Shown here: one piece after another, positions 19,176-28,103 of the stretch
Position numbering within the stretch: position 1 is the first letter of the stretch
Layout of the letters: the number at the start of each line of letters is the position of its first letter
From: a virus
DNA: 45,585 nt
Reading direction: 5' to 3' (one strand)
IMG/VR virus record: IMGVR_UViG_3300037424_001778
Coordinates: 1 to 45,585 of that record
Position numbers and translations under genes: made by a program
The notes under the pieces: model-generated
Databases searched by the model: none
The model's input: only the letters and a program-made list of their open reading frames with translations
What the model was told of the DNA's origin: nothing

Positions 19176-19448
19176 TCATCTCCTAATCAGGTGCAGGTTG
19201 TAAGCGTGCAGGGCAAACTTCGCCGGCTGCGTGGTGAAGGTATCTGGGGTATAGTCGCCAGTCACAGCAGCGTCCATGATACTGGTCAATTCGGCCAGCG
19301 CATCGGCCAGATTTGCCGCAATGGCTTCTGCCGCCTCTAAGTCGCGGGCCGTAGAGATAAATCGGTCACGGTCCACTTCTAAGTTGCCGCAACGGCACCA
19401 ATCTACGCACTCCGCTTCGAATCTCGAGTAAGACTTACTGTCGTTCAT
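19176..19448 (-). CDS. Hypothetical protein
   Basis: ATGA-coupled. Confidence 0.65.
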   Translation of the reverse strand: MNDSKSYSRFEAECVDWCRCGNLEVDRDRFISTARDLEAAEAIAANLADALAELTSIMDAAVTGDYTPDTFTTQPAKFALHAYNLHLIRR

Positions 19449-19711
19449 TCTGCGTCCTTCCAGGTGAACTTCGAAGTGGTCACGCGAACTTGACGGGTAT
19501 AGGGCTCGGCGTCAATGTAGATTTGCGGGATGGTATCGATTCGACGCGCCTCATAGCATACCCGAAACGCCTGTCGAAGCTCGACCATCAACGATTCGAT
19601 GACGTCCGGGGTGTGCTTGCACCCGGTATAGTTCCGGGCGATGCCCTTGAGTTGCTCCAGGAATTCTTCCTGGGTAGAAGGGACAACCGCGCTTGCGTGG
19701 GTATGGTACAT
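19445..19711 (-). CDS. Hypothetical protein
   Basis: GGAG RBS; operon packing. Confidence 0.65.
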   Translation of the reverse strand: MYHTHASAVVPSTQEEFLEQLKGIARNYTGCKHTPDVIESLMVELRQAFRVCYEARRIDTIPQIYIDAEPYTRQVRVTTSKFTWKDAE

Positions 19712-19712
19712 A

Positions 19713-20279
19713 TCAGTAATTCTCCGCTTCGACTCGGGAACAAAAGAAATGGATTCCGGCCCCGTATTCTACCGTTGTGTCTGGATTGTAAGTCCAGCTC
19801 ATGGCCCGCTTGCCTACAGTGTAGGTGAACTTTAGGTCGTACAGAGACCCGAAAGTAGTCTCTTGGGACCCGGCATCGAGGGGAAACGCTTCGAGAACGA
19901 GGCAGTGGTTCGTTCGACACTTGACGCCCCAGCTCCCACTTCGAGTCCCGAGAATTTGGAGCTTCAGAATGGCCCCTCGGACCTTTTTCCAGCCGATGAA
20001 TTCTTCGGTTGTCGGAAAGGGTCGGTCGATTCGGGTGTCGCCGTAGACCCGGGCGTTGCCGTAGACCCGGGTGTCGCCGTAGACCCGGGCGTTGCCGTAG
20101 ACCCGGGCGTCGCCGTAGACCCGGGTGTCGCCGTAGACGAAACACTTGCCTTTGTGGCTCAGGTTGGCTTCGGATTCAATCCATCCTCCAACCAAACCAT
20201 CGGAAAGACGACGGATGCGACGGAGAGTGATGCCATTGAACTTCTTTGTTTCGCCTATGAATTCGTATTTTGGTGTCAT
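19713..20279 (-). CDS. Hexapeptide-repeat protein with DUF5758-like C-terminus
   Basis: GGWIESEANLS, six VYG[DN][AT]R units, GAGIHFF..EAENY. Confidence 0.8.
   Translation of the reverse strand: MTPKYEFIGETKKFNGITLRRIRRLSDGLVGGWIESEANLSHKGKCFVYGDTRVYGDARVYGNARVYGDTRVYGNARVYGDTRIDRPFPTTEEFIGWKKVRGAILKLQILGTRSGSWGVKCRTNHCLVLEAFPLDAGSQETTFGSLYDLKFTYTVGKRAMSWTYNPDTTVEYGAGIHFFCSRVEAENY
20032..20138. repeat. 18-bp coding tandem repeat, about 6 units
   Basis: cgggYgtYgccgtagacc units. Confidence 0.9.
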
Positions 20280-20358
20280 TTGGTTAGCTCCCTTATCGTC
20301 GACACCCTACCTCGGTTGCCTCTTGCGTGTCAAGCGCCATCGGTATAATCTATGTCAC

Positions 20359-21897
20359 ATGCCATCAACATTCGTCTACTTAGCATTCAGTGCGGACCGT
20401 AGTCCCAAAGAAGTGGAATACGCGTCAGCCGCCGATGATTTTGAGCGTATGGCACGCTTTGCGCAAGTGCAAGAAACGGGCAACGAAGGCTGGAAGAGCT
20501 GGGCTTTGGCCAACAATGGCGAAGTCATCATCATGAATGGCGACGAAGGTCGAATTCGCATCCCAGCGGAAAAGTTGACCGAACTTCCCCACCTCCGCTC
20601 ACAATATGCCGAAACGGTTGGGGCGACGGTTTCGGTCGGTGTGGGGGCCAAGATGTCAGAAGCCGATAAAGCCCTCCAGGCAGCCCAGAAGGCTGGAGGC
20701 GACCGTATCCGTCTCTATGACCAGTCCGTAGAGGAAGACCTCGCTGCGGGCCTCCAGAAGACGCAGGCGGCCTTTCATGACCCGCGCACCGGTAAGGTAT
20801 ACCCCACAGGCTCCATCCATGACCTCGAAGGCCTCCCCGAAGAGCTGCAGCAGGATGCAATCGACGGCAAGGTTTTGTCTGGTTTCGTGGGGGATGACGG
20901 CAAGTTCTTCCAGCGCAAGCCAAAACTTCCCCACCTGGCAAAGGCGGAAGGGCGGGCCTATGCCGAAATCGCGGGAGCCGGAACTGTACCCCCCCAGCGC
21001 CCCACAACGGCCCACCCCCTAGCCCCAGAGCCACCCCAAACGGGCGACCCAGAACCATCTGAGGACGAAGCCTCACCGCAGCTAGACATGGACCAGCTCC
21101 ACGACACCATGACGCAAATGGCCTCCCAGCAGGGCCAACAGGACTCCCAAGACGAGCAAGTCCAACAAGCCGCCGAAGCCAAGGGCCAGGCCCACGGAGA
21201 CCTGACCAAGCGTGTAGCGGCTATTCTACAGGTCTTCAAAGCGCGCGCTTCCGAACTCGAGCAACTCCAGCAAGCGGACCCAGAGCTATACCAATCGTTG
21301 GTAGGCATGCTCCAGGCCATGGTCGAGATGGCCCGAAGCGTTCAAGGAGGAGATAGCAATCCCGGAGAAGATTCAGGAGCTGAGGTCAAGAAGTCTGAGT
21401 CTAGCTGTCCCATGTGCGGAGCTGAACCCGGGACCGACATCGATTGCCCCGAATGTCTCGCTTACGACAAGGTCGAGGTCTCACCAGAAGAATCGTTTAC
21501 AGAAGATAGCGAACTCCACAAGGATTCGATGCCTGGTGGCAAAGGAGACGACGCTCCAGACGAAGAGTTTGCCCAGGATGACCTAGAGCATGGCGTCAAG
21601 GAAGAGCGCAAGGAGCACGGTCTCGATGCAGAACGTGCCAAAGAAATCGTTAAGGACCATTTGACTGAGGACGATGAATATTACGCCAAGGCCGCCCTCG
21701 ACCCAGGCAAGACAGGCCGCCACGAAGTAAATTATCCGGTGGGGTCCACAAAAGAGCCCGGCCCGGGTGGGACGAAAGACGCCGGGAAAATCAAAATTCA
21801 AAAGCCGGATGGTAGTACAACGTGGAGAAGTGTGCGCGCGGGATTAATCATGGATACAGAGGGGCGCCCCATTTCGTCCAGGAGGCAGTCATCGTAA
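20359..21897 (+). CDS. Multidomain late protein: mCpol-like N-terminus, small GKFxxR domain, DUF5661-like domain; probable internal head protein
   Basis: ATG 7 nt after TAATCT; GEVIIMNGDE..TVSVGVG..EADKALQAAQKAGGDRI; GVKEERKEH..IVKDHLTEDDEYY. Confidence 0.75.
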   Translation: MPSTFVYLAFSADRSPKEVEYASAADDFERMARFAQVQETGNEGWKSWALANNGEVIIMNGDEGRIRIPAEKLTELPHLRSQYAETVGATVSVGVGAKMSEADKALQAAQKAGGDRIRLYDQSVEEDLAAGLQKTQAAFHDPRTGKVYPTGSIHDLEGLPEELQQDAIDGKVLSGFVGDDGKFFQRKPKLPHLAKAEGRAYAEIAGAGTVPPQRPTTAHPLAPEPPQTGDPEPSEDEASPQLDMDQLHDTMTQMASQQGQQDSQDEQVQQAAEAKGQAHGDLTKRVAAILQVFKARASELEQLQQADPELYQSLVGMLQAMVEMARSVQGGDSNPGEDSGAEVKKSESSCPMCGAEPGTDIDCPECLAYDKVEVSPEESFTEDSELHKDSMPGGKGDDAPDEEFAQDDLEHGVKEERKEHGLDAERAKEIVKDHLTEDDEYYAKAALDPGKTGRHEVNYPVGSTKEPGPGGTKDAGKIKIQKPDGSTTWRSVRAGLIMDTEGRPISSRRQSS

Positions 21898-21950
21898 GAG
21901 GTGGCGACCGGTAAGCCTACTAACTCTAGAACGATGTAATCTGATTGTAT

Positions 21951-22826
21951 ATGATACAATACGAAGCCGATAGGGATTTCTTCCGGTCGATAGATACGCC
22001 CGAAAAGGCATACACCTTAGGTTTTATGGCCACGGATGGACATGTAGCTGAGAACGGGATGGTATTGAGTCTCCAAAAAGGAGATAGGACCGTTCTAGAG
22101 CGAATTCGTGGCTGGATGCACAGTTCGCATAAAATAACCGAGCGCCCAATGTCCAGGAGTACAGGGACGCAGGCAACTCTTAAGGTTTACGGGTCCGAGA
22201 TAGTCCGAGATTTACGCCTATTGGGGTTTTCCAACAATAAGACATTTACGATTTCTCCTTGGACTGGGCCATCCGAACTGTTACCCCATTATTGGCGCGG
22301 ATGTGTAGATGGTGATGGGTGGGTTATAGATCACGGCTCGAACTTCACTGTTGGTTTTTGTGGCAACATACACATGGTAACCGGTTTCCGGGACTACATT
22401 GAAAATACCACTCAACATCGCGCCAATATTCGATCCCACAAATCCATCTTTAGGGTTGAATATTCGGGCGTTAGACCAGCGCAAAGGGCCATCCGCGCGC
22501 TGAAGTATAGCGACTACCCCGAAATTTGTCTTCCGCGCAAACACACACTGGCGTTAAAAGTCCTAGAGGCCAAGTTTCGACCTAATGGGAGCTCTACAAA
22601 AGGGAAAAAATACGATGAGGCACACAATCTAGCCAATTCGCGCAGACAGGGCGGTACCGCTATACGCGACCAAAACGGTATAGTTTACAGTACAGCAGCT
22701 TCAGCGGCGCGAGCACTTGGAATACAACGGTCGCATGTATCTTCTGTTCTTAGCGGGCGGCGCAAGACTGTCGGTGGGTACTCTTTTGTACGAGTGCAAG
22801 ATGGGTCAATGGGACAAGCCCAGTGA
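21951..22826 (+). CDS. LAGLIDADG homing endonuclease with NUMOD1-like tail
   Basis: AYTLGFMATDG and YWRGCVDGDG. Confidence 0.88.
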   Translation: MIQYEADRDFFRSIDTPEKAYTLGFMATDGHVAENGMVLSLQKGDRTVLERIRGWMHSSHKITERPMSRSTGTQATLKVYGSEIVRDLRLLGFSNNKTFTISPWTGPSELLPHYWRGCVDGDGWVIDHGSNFTVGFCGNIHMVTGFRDYIENTTQHRANIRSHKSIFRVEYSGVRPAQRAIRALKYSDYPEICLPRKHTLALKVLEAKFRPNGSSTKGKKYDEAHNLANSRRQGGTAIRDQNGIVYSTAASAARALGIQRSHVSSVLSGRRKTVGGYSFVRVQDGSMGQAQ

Positions 22827-23644
22827 TTTCGCTGAACGTAGACTTGACGGCTATACTGGACCTCCAGAAGGAGCTAGAGCCCAAAGTCCAGAAAGCCTTC
22901 TTGGATGCAGCTCAGGGCTTGGCCCTGCAGGCCCACGCCCATATCCTCGAAGAAGCTCAGTCCAAACTGCATTCGACCCGAGATAAGTACATATCGGCGC
23001 TGGACTTCAAGCAAGTCTCTCAAGACACTTGGATTATTGCGCTGGACGAGTCCGCCATGTGGGTGGAGGAAGGCCAAAGTGAGCATAGTATGCTAGATTC
23101 GTTGCTGTCTAGCCCTAAGGCGAAGACGGCAAAAGATGGTTCGACCTACATCGTCGTGCCATTCCAACACAACAAAGGACCGTCGAGGCAAACTCCAGCC
23201 CAAAACGACCTCACCTCGACGATAAAGCAAGAAATGCGACAGCGAAAAATCCCATACGGCAAACTAGAAGTTGACGAGCACGGCAAGCCCAAAGTGGGGA
23301 AGCTGCATACATTCGACATTTGGGCGCCGATGAAGACAGCTCAAGGCCCAGGACAGGGCCACGGACCCATCGGGGCCCCCAGGCAAGGACCGACAGGCAT
23401 TCCATTCTTGAACCGGGTCAACGTCTACCAGCGCGAAATAAAGAATGCGGCCGGGAAGTCGTCGGTACGCAAAGACATCATGACGTTTCGCGTGGCCTCT
23501 AGCAAGCACTATGCCGAGGGCCGCTGGTACCATCCTGGGACCCCAGCCAGGAATCTTATGGATACTACTGCTGATTGGGCTTTGAAGGTATGGGAGACAA
23601 AGATTGTGCCAGACCTACTTCGCAGGTTGGACTCCACTCTCTGA
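22823..23644 (+). CDS. Probable neck/tail-completion structural protein
   Basis: Position in late series; TFRVASSK..WYHPG. Confidence 0.55.
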   Translation: MISLNVDLTAILDLQKELEPKVQKAFLDAAQGLALQAHAHILEEAQSKLHSTRDKYISALDFKQVSQDTWIIALDESAMWVEEGQSEHSMLDSLLSSPKAKTAKDGSTYIVVPFQHNKGPSRQTPAQNDLTSTIKQEMRQRKIPYGKLEVDEHGKPKVGKLHTFDIWAPMKTAQGPGQGHGPIGAPRQGPTGIPFLNRVNVYQREIKNAAGKSSVRKDIMTFRVASSKHYAEGRWYHPGTPARNLMDTTADWALKVWETKIVPDLLRRLDSTL

Positions 23645-24625
23645 TATTTGTGGAGGTACGCGGCTAAAGAGACCCCCACGCACCGGCTTACTGAACCCCT
23701 TGCTGATGGTATTTTCTTCGACGTCGTAATGCGCCGCCGCCGCCTTTACAGAAGCAAAGACGGTTCCATCTGGGGCGCGGACCGCCCACTTGTCCTTTAG
23801 TGGCAAATTATTTCTTTTGAATGCGTTGCGGACAGCAGCGGAACTACACCGACAAGACACTGCGAGCGTGGGAATGGTGTCGCCATGAATATACTTCACA
23901 TAAGCTATAAGCGCTTGGCTCCTGTCTAGGATGGAGAGGGCCTCGGAATCTGACCGAGCGCGCAGCCCCGCCCTATCTAATATGCCGTATATCAGAGTGC
24001 GAGAGCAGTGATACCTCTCTCCAACTTCGGGAGCCGACATACCAGACAAGTAATCAAACAGAGCCTGAGACTGTTCCGAAAGGGTGAGGCCGCCCTGGGA
24101 TGAGAACCTATCTTGGCGCGCAATGCCGTGTGATTTCAGGATATAGATAATACTTTGGTGGTACACCTGGAACTTTTCGGCAAGTCGGCGCGTATTGAGC
24201 CTGGGATACAGTGAACAAATTTCCCTCTCCTGCTCTTCCGTAATACCCGTTCGGGCTCGGCGAAGGTTTTGCACTACGGCGGCAGATGCGGCTCCACCCC
24301 GTCCGCCATCAGTCTCGTTGACCAATCTGCATCCTTTTTTACGAAAAAAGTCAATCCAATAGATTTCGCATTCGTCCGCTTGACTCTGGGATGTTAATCC
24401 CGTTTGTAGTGACTGTATTCTTGTTGGAATATGAAGGAGAGCGCATCTGCGAAAAAGACGGGCCCGGTGGGTTTGGTCTCTTGGCCCGGGGCGTCGGTGT
24501 TTATTGAGTCTCTTTCGGAGGTCGCCCCATGTTTGGCCGACATAGCGCAGCTCCTCCTCGACGAAGAGAACGTACACAGTACACGACCTTGCTTTTGGAG
24601 CCAAACCCTCCCCTAGCTCAATCAT
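23615..24625 (-). CDS. GIY-YIG homing endonuclease with multiple HTHs
   Basis: VYVLF..RYVGQT..RLNKH..EIYWI..LVNETDGG. Confidence 0.85.
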   Translation of the reverse strand: MIELGEGLAPKARSCTVYVLFVEEELRYVGQTWGDLRKRLNKHRRPGPRDQTHRARLFRRCALLHIPTRIQSLQTGLTSQSQADECEIYWIDFFRKKGCRLVNETDGGRGGAASAAVVQNLRRARTGITEEQEREICSLYPRLNTRRLAEKFQVYHQSIIYILKSHGIARQDRFSSQGGLTLSEQSQALFDYLSGMSAPEVGERYHCSRTLIYGILDRAGLRARSDSEALSILDRSQALIAYVKYIHGDTIPTLAVSCRCSSAAVRNAFKRNNLPLKDKWAVRAPDGTVFASVKAAAAHYDVEENTISKGFSKPVRGGLFSRVPPQISESGVQPAK

Positions 24626-24851
24626 ATAGGCTAGACTCTAATTCTAGCTGTTGCCTTTCCTGGCACCCTTTGGCCCAAGCTAGAATGGCATCTCCGGTCT
24701 CTTGGATGTCTTGCCTAGCGCTCTGATTCCCGGCCAAATAGTCGGCAATCGCCACTGCATCCAGGCCGAGCTTGTCCCGAAACGAGGCCAGGCTTTCAGG
24801 GCGTTGGGCCAAAAAGGCCAAGACTGACGACTCATAGGCGCTAAGTTTCAT
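24618..24851 (-). CDS. Hypothetical protein
   Basis: AGGAG RBS. Confidence 0.65.
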   Translation of the reverse strand: MKLSAYESSVLAFLAQRPESLASFRDKLGLDAVAIADYLAGNQSARQDIQETGDAILAWAKGCQERQQLELESSLYD

Positions 24852-24861
24852 TGTGCGGCTC

Positions 24862-25152
24862 CTAGAATCCGTAATCGTCCTGCATGTACTCTTTCAGCTC
24901 GCGAGCTTTGGCCTTGTTGGCTGCCACCTTCGTGCCAAAAACCGCCGACGAGTCGAAGGTCTTCGTCCGCCCAGCAGCACCCTTGGTAGGGGAGTAGCCC
25001 ATAGCGAGCGAGTCCTTCTGTGTCAACTCAACTGTACTGGTGCCGTTGTACCGACCCACCAATCGCGCCTTGACTACCCGCAAGCAGCCGGGCGTATGGG
25101 GAGAGTTGCCGGCGTTACCGCGAAGGACGTAAACCGTGTCTCCGAATTTCAT
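24862..25152 (-). CDS. Hypothetical protein
   Basis: ATGA-coupled. Confidence 0.65.
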   Translation of the reverse strand: MKFGDTVYVLRGNAGNSPHTPGCLRVVKARLVGRYNGTSTVELTQKDSLAMGYSPTKGAAGRTKTFDSSAVFGTKVAANKAKARELKEYMQDDYGF

Positions 25153-25349
25153 TTCGTCACCGATTCCCTGCTTTTGGGTGGCAACCCAAGGGCTGCGCGT
25201 GCTCGGTCCAGTGCCACGATGAAGGAGTGCTTATCGAAAGTGCTTAGGCGACCTTTGCGCTCTAACCGCACCTCCATTTCGAACACACAGCAAGCTAGTG
25301 CCTCTTTGAGTACAGCCCTCTTAACGGCTCTTGGTTCATTTTCGTTCAT
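25149..25349 (-). CDS. Hypothetical protein
   Basis: Operon packing. Confidence 0.6.
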   Translation of the reverse strand: MNENEPRAVKRAVLKEALACCVFEMEVRLERKGRLSTFDKHSFIVALDRARAALGLPPKSRESVTK

Positions 25350-25380
25350 GGTGTCGATCTACCAGTCTTCGTCGAAACCG

Positions 25381-25740
25381 TCAAGTAAAGCTTGGAGGAA
25401 TCCCAGGGAGCCGGACCGCTTCCAGCTCGGCTAAAATCCCCGCCATCGTGGGGTCCTTGTCGTCGCCCACAACCACCATCAGCCCTCCCGGTACGATGGC
25501 CAGCTCAATCATATCGTTGGGTTTATCTTCAGCGTCCCAACTTATGACTGATTCGAAGTTCCGATAGACAAAGAGGTCCAGCTTCTGGCCAAAGGCAACC
25601 TCATCAATCCCGCAGATGTAGTCTGTCAAGTCCAGAAAGGCACCCCTAGGCCACCTTCGGATTATCATCCGTGCGGCAAGTTCCATGCCATAGGGGCTAC
25701 CTAGATTCGGTAAGGTTCTTTCCACTCCTGAGATATTCAT
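25381..25740 (-). CDS. Hypothetical protein
   Basis: ATGA-coupled. Confidence 0.65.
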   Translation of the reverse strand: MNISGVERTLPNLGSPYGMELAARMIIRRWPRGAFLDLTDYICGIDEVAFGQKLDLFVYRNFESVISWDAEDKPNDMIELAIVPGGLMVVVGDDKDPTMAGILAELEAVRLPGIPPSFT

Positions 25741-26045
25741 TTAATTCCGAACCTCAAACCTACGGTAGCGATAGCGTCGGCCATATCTTGATGGCTAATA
25801 CGGTCGTGTCGATTCTCTTCGTTGAATTTTTCGGCCTCTTCGATGATAACTGCGATTATCCGGTCTCGGGTCGATATTAGCCACCGAGTTCGTGGATTGT
25901 CAAGTGGTATTTTTCGGGACAACGCGTCTTTAATTAGCTGGCGCTGGTGGGCTCCGAACGCCAACTTGGCCTCTCGGCTTGTCACCAACATGTGTAGGAA
26001 TCGGGCGATGGCTTCGAGTTGTTCGGCGTTGAGTGGGGCGTCCAT
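25737..26045 (-). CDS. Hypothetical protein
   Basis: Leaderless behind extended -10 TGcTACAAT-N6-ATG. Confidence 0.7.
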   Translation of the reverse strand: MDAPLNAEQLEAIARFLHMLVTSREAKLAFGAHQRQLIKDALSRKIPLDNPRTRWLISTRDRIIAVIIEEAEKFNEENRHDRISHQDMADAIATVGLRFGIK

Positions 26046-26063
26046 ATGGGTATTGTAGCACAG

Positions 26064-27029
26064 CTACGCTGACGCGAGCCAGTCAAGGACTCGTTTGATT
26101 GTGGCGGCGGGGTTGCCACCTAAGTGCTTTTCGTACTCGGAGTCTTTGACTCTGAGGAGTTTAATTCCAGCATCGAGACACTGTTGGTTTTTGCGCAAGT
26201 CGCACTCTACGCGTCTGGACTCCGAGTGCCACTTACCGCCATCATATTCTATCGCCTTACGAAGTGACGGTACGTATATATCCAGTTTGAATCGCTTGTT
26301 GTTCAAAAGGCCGTCGCCGTGACCCGCATCTGGATGGAGACCCCGAACCGCTCCTAGGATAGCCAACTCGGCTTTGGAATGCTGGGCGATGTCGGCGCAT
26401 TTCGGACAGCCCCTTGGGTCTAGGGCTTTAGATCTATTGGCAATCGAGGCCGGCCACTCGTGGCCCTTAGCGCATATCCACCATACCTTTTGGGCGGATC
26501 CATACGATACAGTATCTGGCGTAAGGTGTTTATTCTTTGTGGGATGCCATTCTTGGCATAGCTGCGGTCGCACAGCCGATAGTGCGTTTTGGGGCGACAC
26601 ACGACGCCCGCTACAGTACGGACATCCTTGCGCCTACGACACTCGCATGTTGGGGCTCATCGCCCATTCGTGACCTTCTGCGCATACCCACCAAAATTCG
26701 CTTGTGCATCCCTTAGCTATAGTATCAAAGACCCGCGCGTTTTTGGGATGCCATTCGGGGCGTAGTTCTGGGGAACAGGTCGCTAAAGAGTTGTGCCGGC
26801 GCGCCTGGCGGGGGCCACTGTTTCTTTGGGTAGAACATGTCGGACACCCGCTACCGTTCCTGGTCCTATTGTAGGGAGTTGCGGACCATTCGTGCATCTT
26901 CGAACACACCCACCAGCATTCTCGCTCGGACCCACAAGTGACGCCTTCAAATCGGACGTCTCCGTTCTTGGTCGGATGCCATTCGGCCTCCAGGTGCGGT
27001 GCTTTGAGTTTGAGGGAGTTCTGTTTCAT
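26064..27029 (-). pseudogene. Zn-ribbon-repeat (DUF4379-like) plus Vsr/DUF559-like endonuclease with one in-frame TAG at 26634-26636
   Basis: EWHP.KN..WW.C..GHEW..GCP.C repeats; LDIYVPSLRKAIEYDG.KWH; frame continues RVS*AQGCPYCSG. Confidence 0.85.
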
Positions 27030-27064
27030 ATCTCTATTCTACCACACCCCATAATCTTTCCCAT

Positions 27065-28093
27065 ATGGCCCAACCACTCGTCAAACGCCTTGAACTTCCT
27101 TTGCCCGATGCCCTTACCACTAAGGTCTTGGGAATCCATCAGGGAGACCTCATCCTCAAGAGCGCTTTAGATGTTGCTTTTGCAGATTTGCGCGCCAACC
27201 CCAGTCTTTTGAACTTCGTGTGGGCCTCTTTGCCCCAGGATTCCCTGACCTGGAAAGAGTACGGAATGAAGGAACTGAACCAATGCAAGAAATGGTTCAT
27301 GGATACCAACATTCCGGTCAAGATTTCGCCCGTCCGCAATGAGCTTACCGTACCGTGTATCGTAATAACTATGGCTGATTCCGGTGAAGCCACCAATGAA
27401 TCGACCCTAGGCGACATCAACCCAGAAACCGCATTCGAAACCACGCTAGGTGATTGGCCAGCTTTGACTAGGCCCTTCACCCCATCTTCGTACGAGCCAT
27501 TGACTGGTATCGTGCTGATGAAGTCCAGGGATTTGCCGGCCGACATCCTCATCGCAGAAGGCATGTTTATTGTAGACAAGGTCGGCAACCCATACGAAAT
27601 CCTAAAGGTCTACGATGCTACGAGCTTCCAGATTGCCCCAGCTACTGTTGCCGACTTCAAAGGCGCCGTGCTCAAGGGCCACCGCCCATCGTGGGTGACT
27701 TCAATCGAGTCCTCCAGCTTCAAAGAGACTTACCAGGTCAGCGTCAATGTGGGCGGCGAACCGACGCTGACGGTGCTACTGCATTCGGTGGTGGTGTTTT
27801 GTTTATTGCGCTACAAAGAATTTCTCCTTGAGGCGCGGGGGTTTGAGCGGTCCACCTTCACCTCGAGCGACCTCAAAATCAACCAAACCTTCCCAGACAC
27901 CGAAGCCGTGTTCACGCGAAACGTGATGGTTTCTGGGTATGTGCGGATGTACTGGCCCAAAATCATCGCACCTGCCATCGATGGCATTGTGGCTCAAGAG
28001 CGAGTGACCGGTTCCGACCACCTACCTGCAGGTATGAATCCAGACGACCAGCTATGGGTCGGCGAATACGATGGGTTGAGCCAGACCCGATAA
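27065..28093 (+). CDS. Probable tail terminator/neck protein
   Basis: Late promoter; upstream of sheath; PCIVITM..E and ETYQVSV..LLHSVVVF.LLRYK segments. Confidence 0.55.
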   Translation: MAQPLVKRLELPLPDALTTKVLGIHQGDLILKSALDVAFADLRANPSLLNFVWASLPQDSLTWKEYGMKELNQCKKWFMDTNIPVKISPVRNELTVPCIVITMADSGEATNESTLGDINPETAFETTLGDWPALTRPFTPSSYEPLTGIVLMKSRDLPADILIAEGMFIVDKVGNPYEILKVYDATSFQIAPATVADFKGAVLKGHRPSWVTSIESSSFKETYQVSVNVGGEPTLTVLLHSVVVFCLLRYKEFLLEARGFERSTFTSSDLKINQTFPDTEAVFTRNVMVSGYVRMYWPKIIAPAIDGIVAQERVTGSDHLPAGMNPDDQLWVGEYDGLSQTR

Positions 28094-28103
28094 TCTTTGC
28101 GGT

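Noticed and set aside
19588-20348. Alternative ORFs with RRHPGL or VDPGVA repeats
   Set aside because: Other-frame shadows of the 18-bp VYGDAR repeat
20146-20358. N-terminal extension of the 583-aa ORF
   Set aside because: Overlaps a minus-strand gene and its promoter; TAATCT spacing points to ATG 20359
26064-27029. Genome-wide TAG recoding
   Set aside because: Long genes are intact in code 11 and TAG ends other genes at sensible boundaries; only one in-frame case seen
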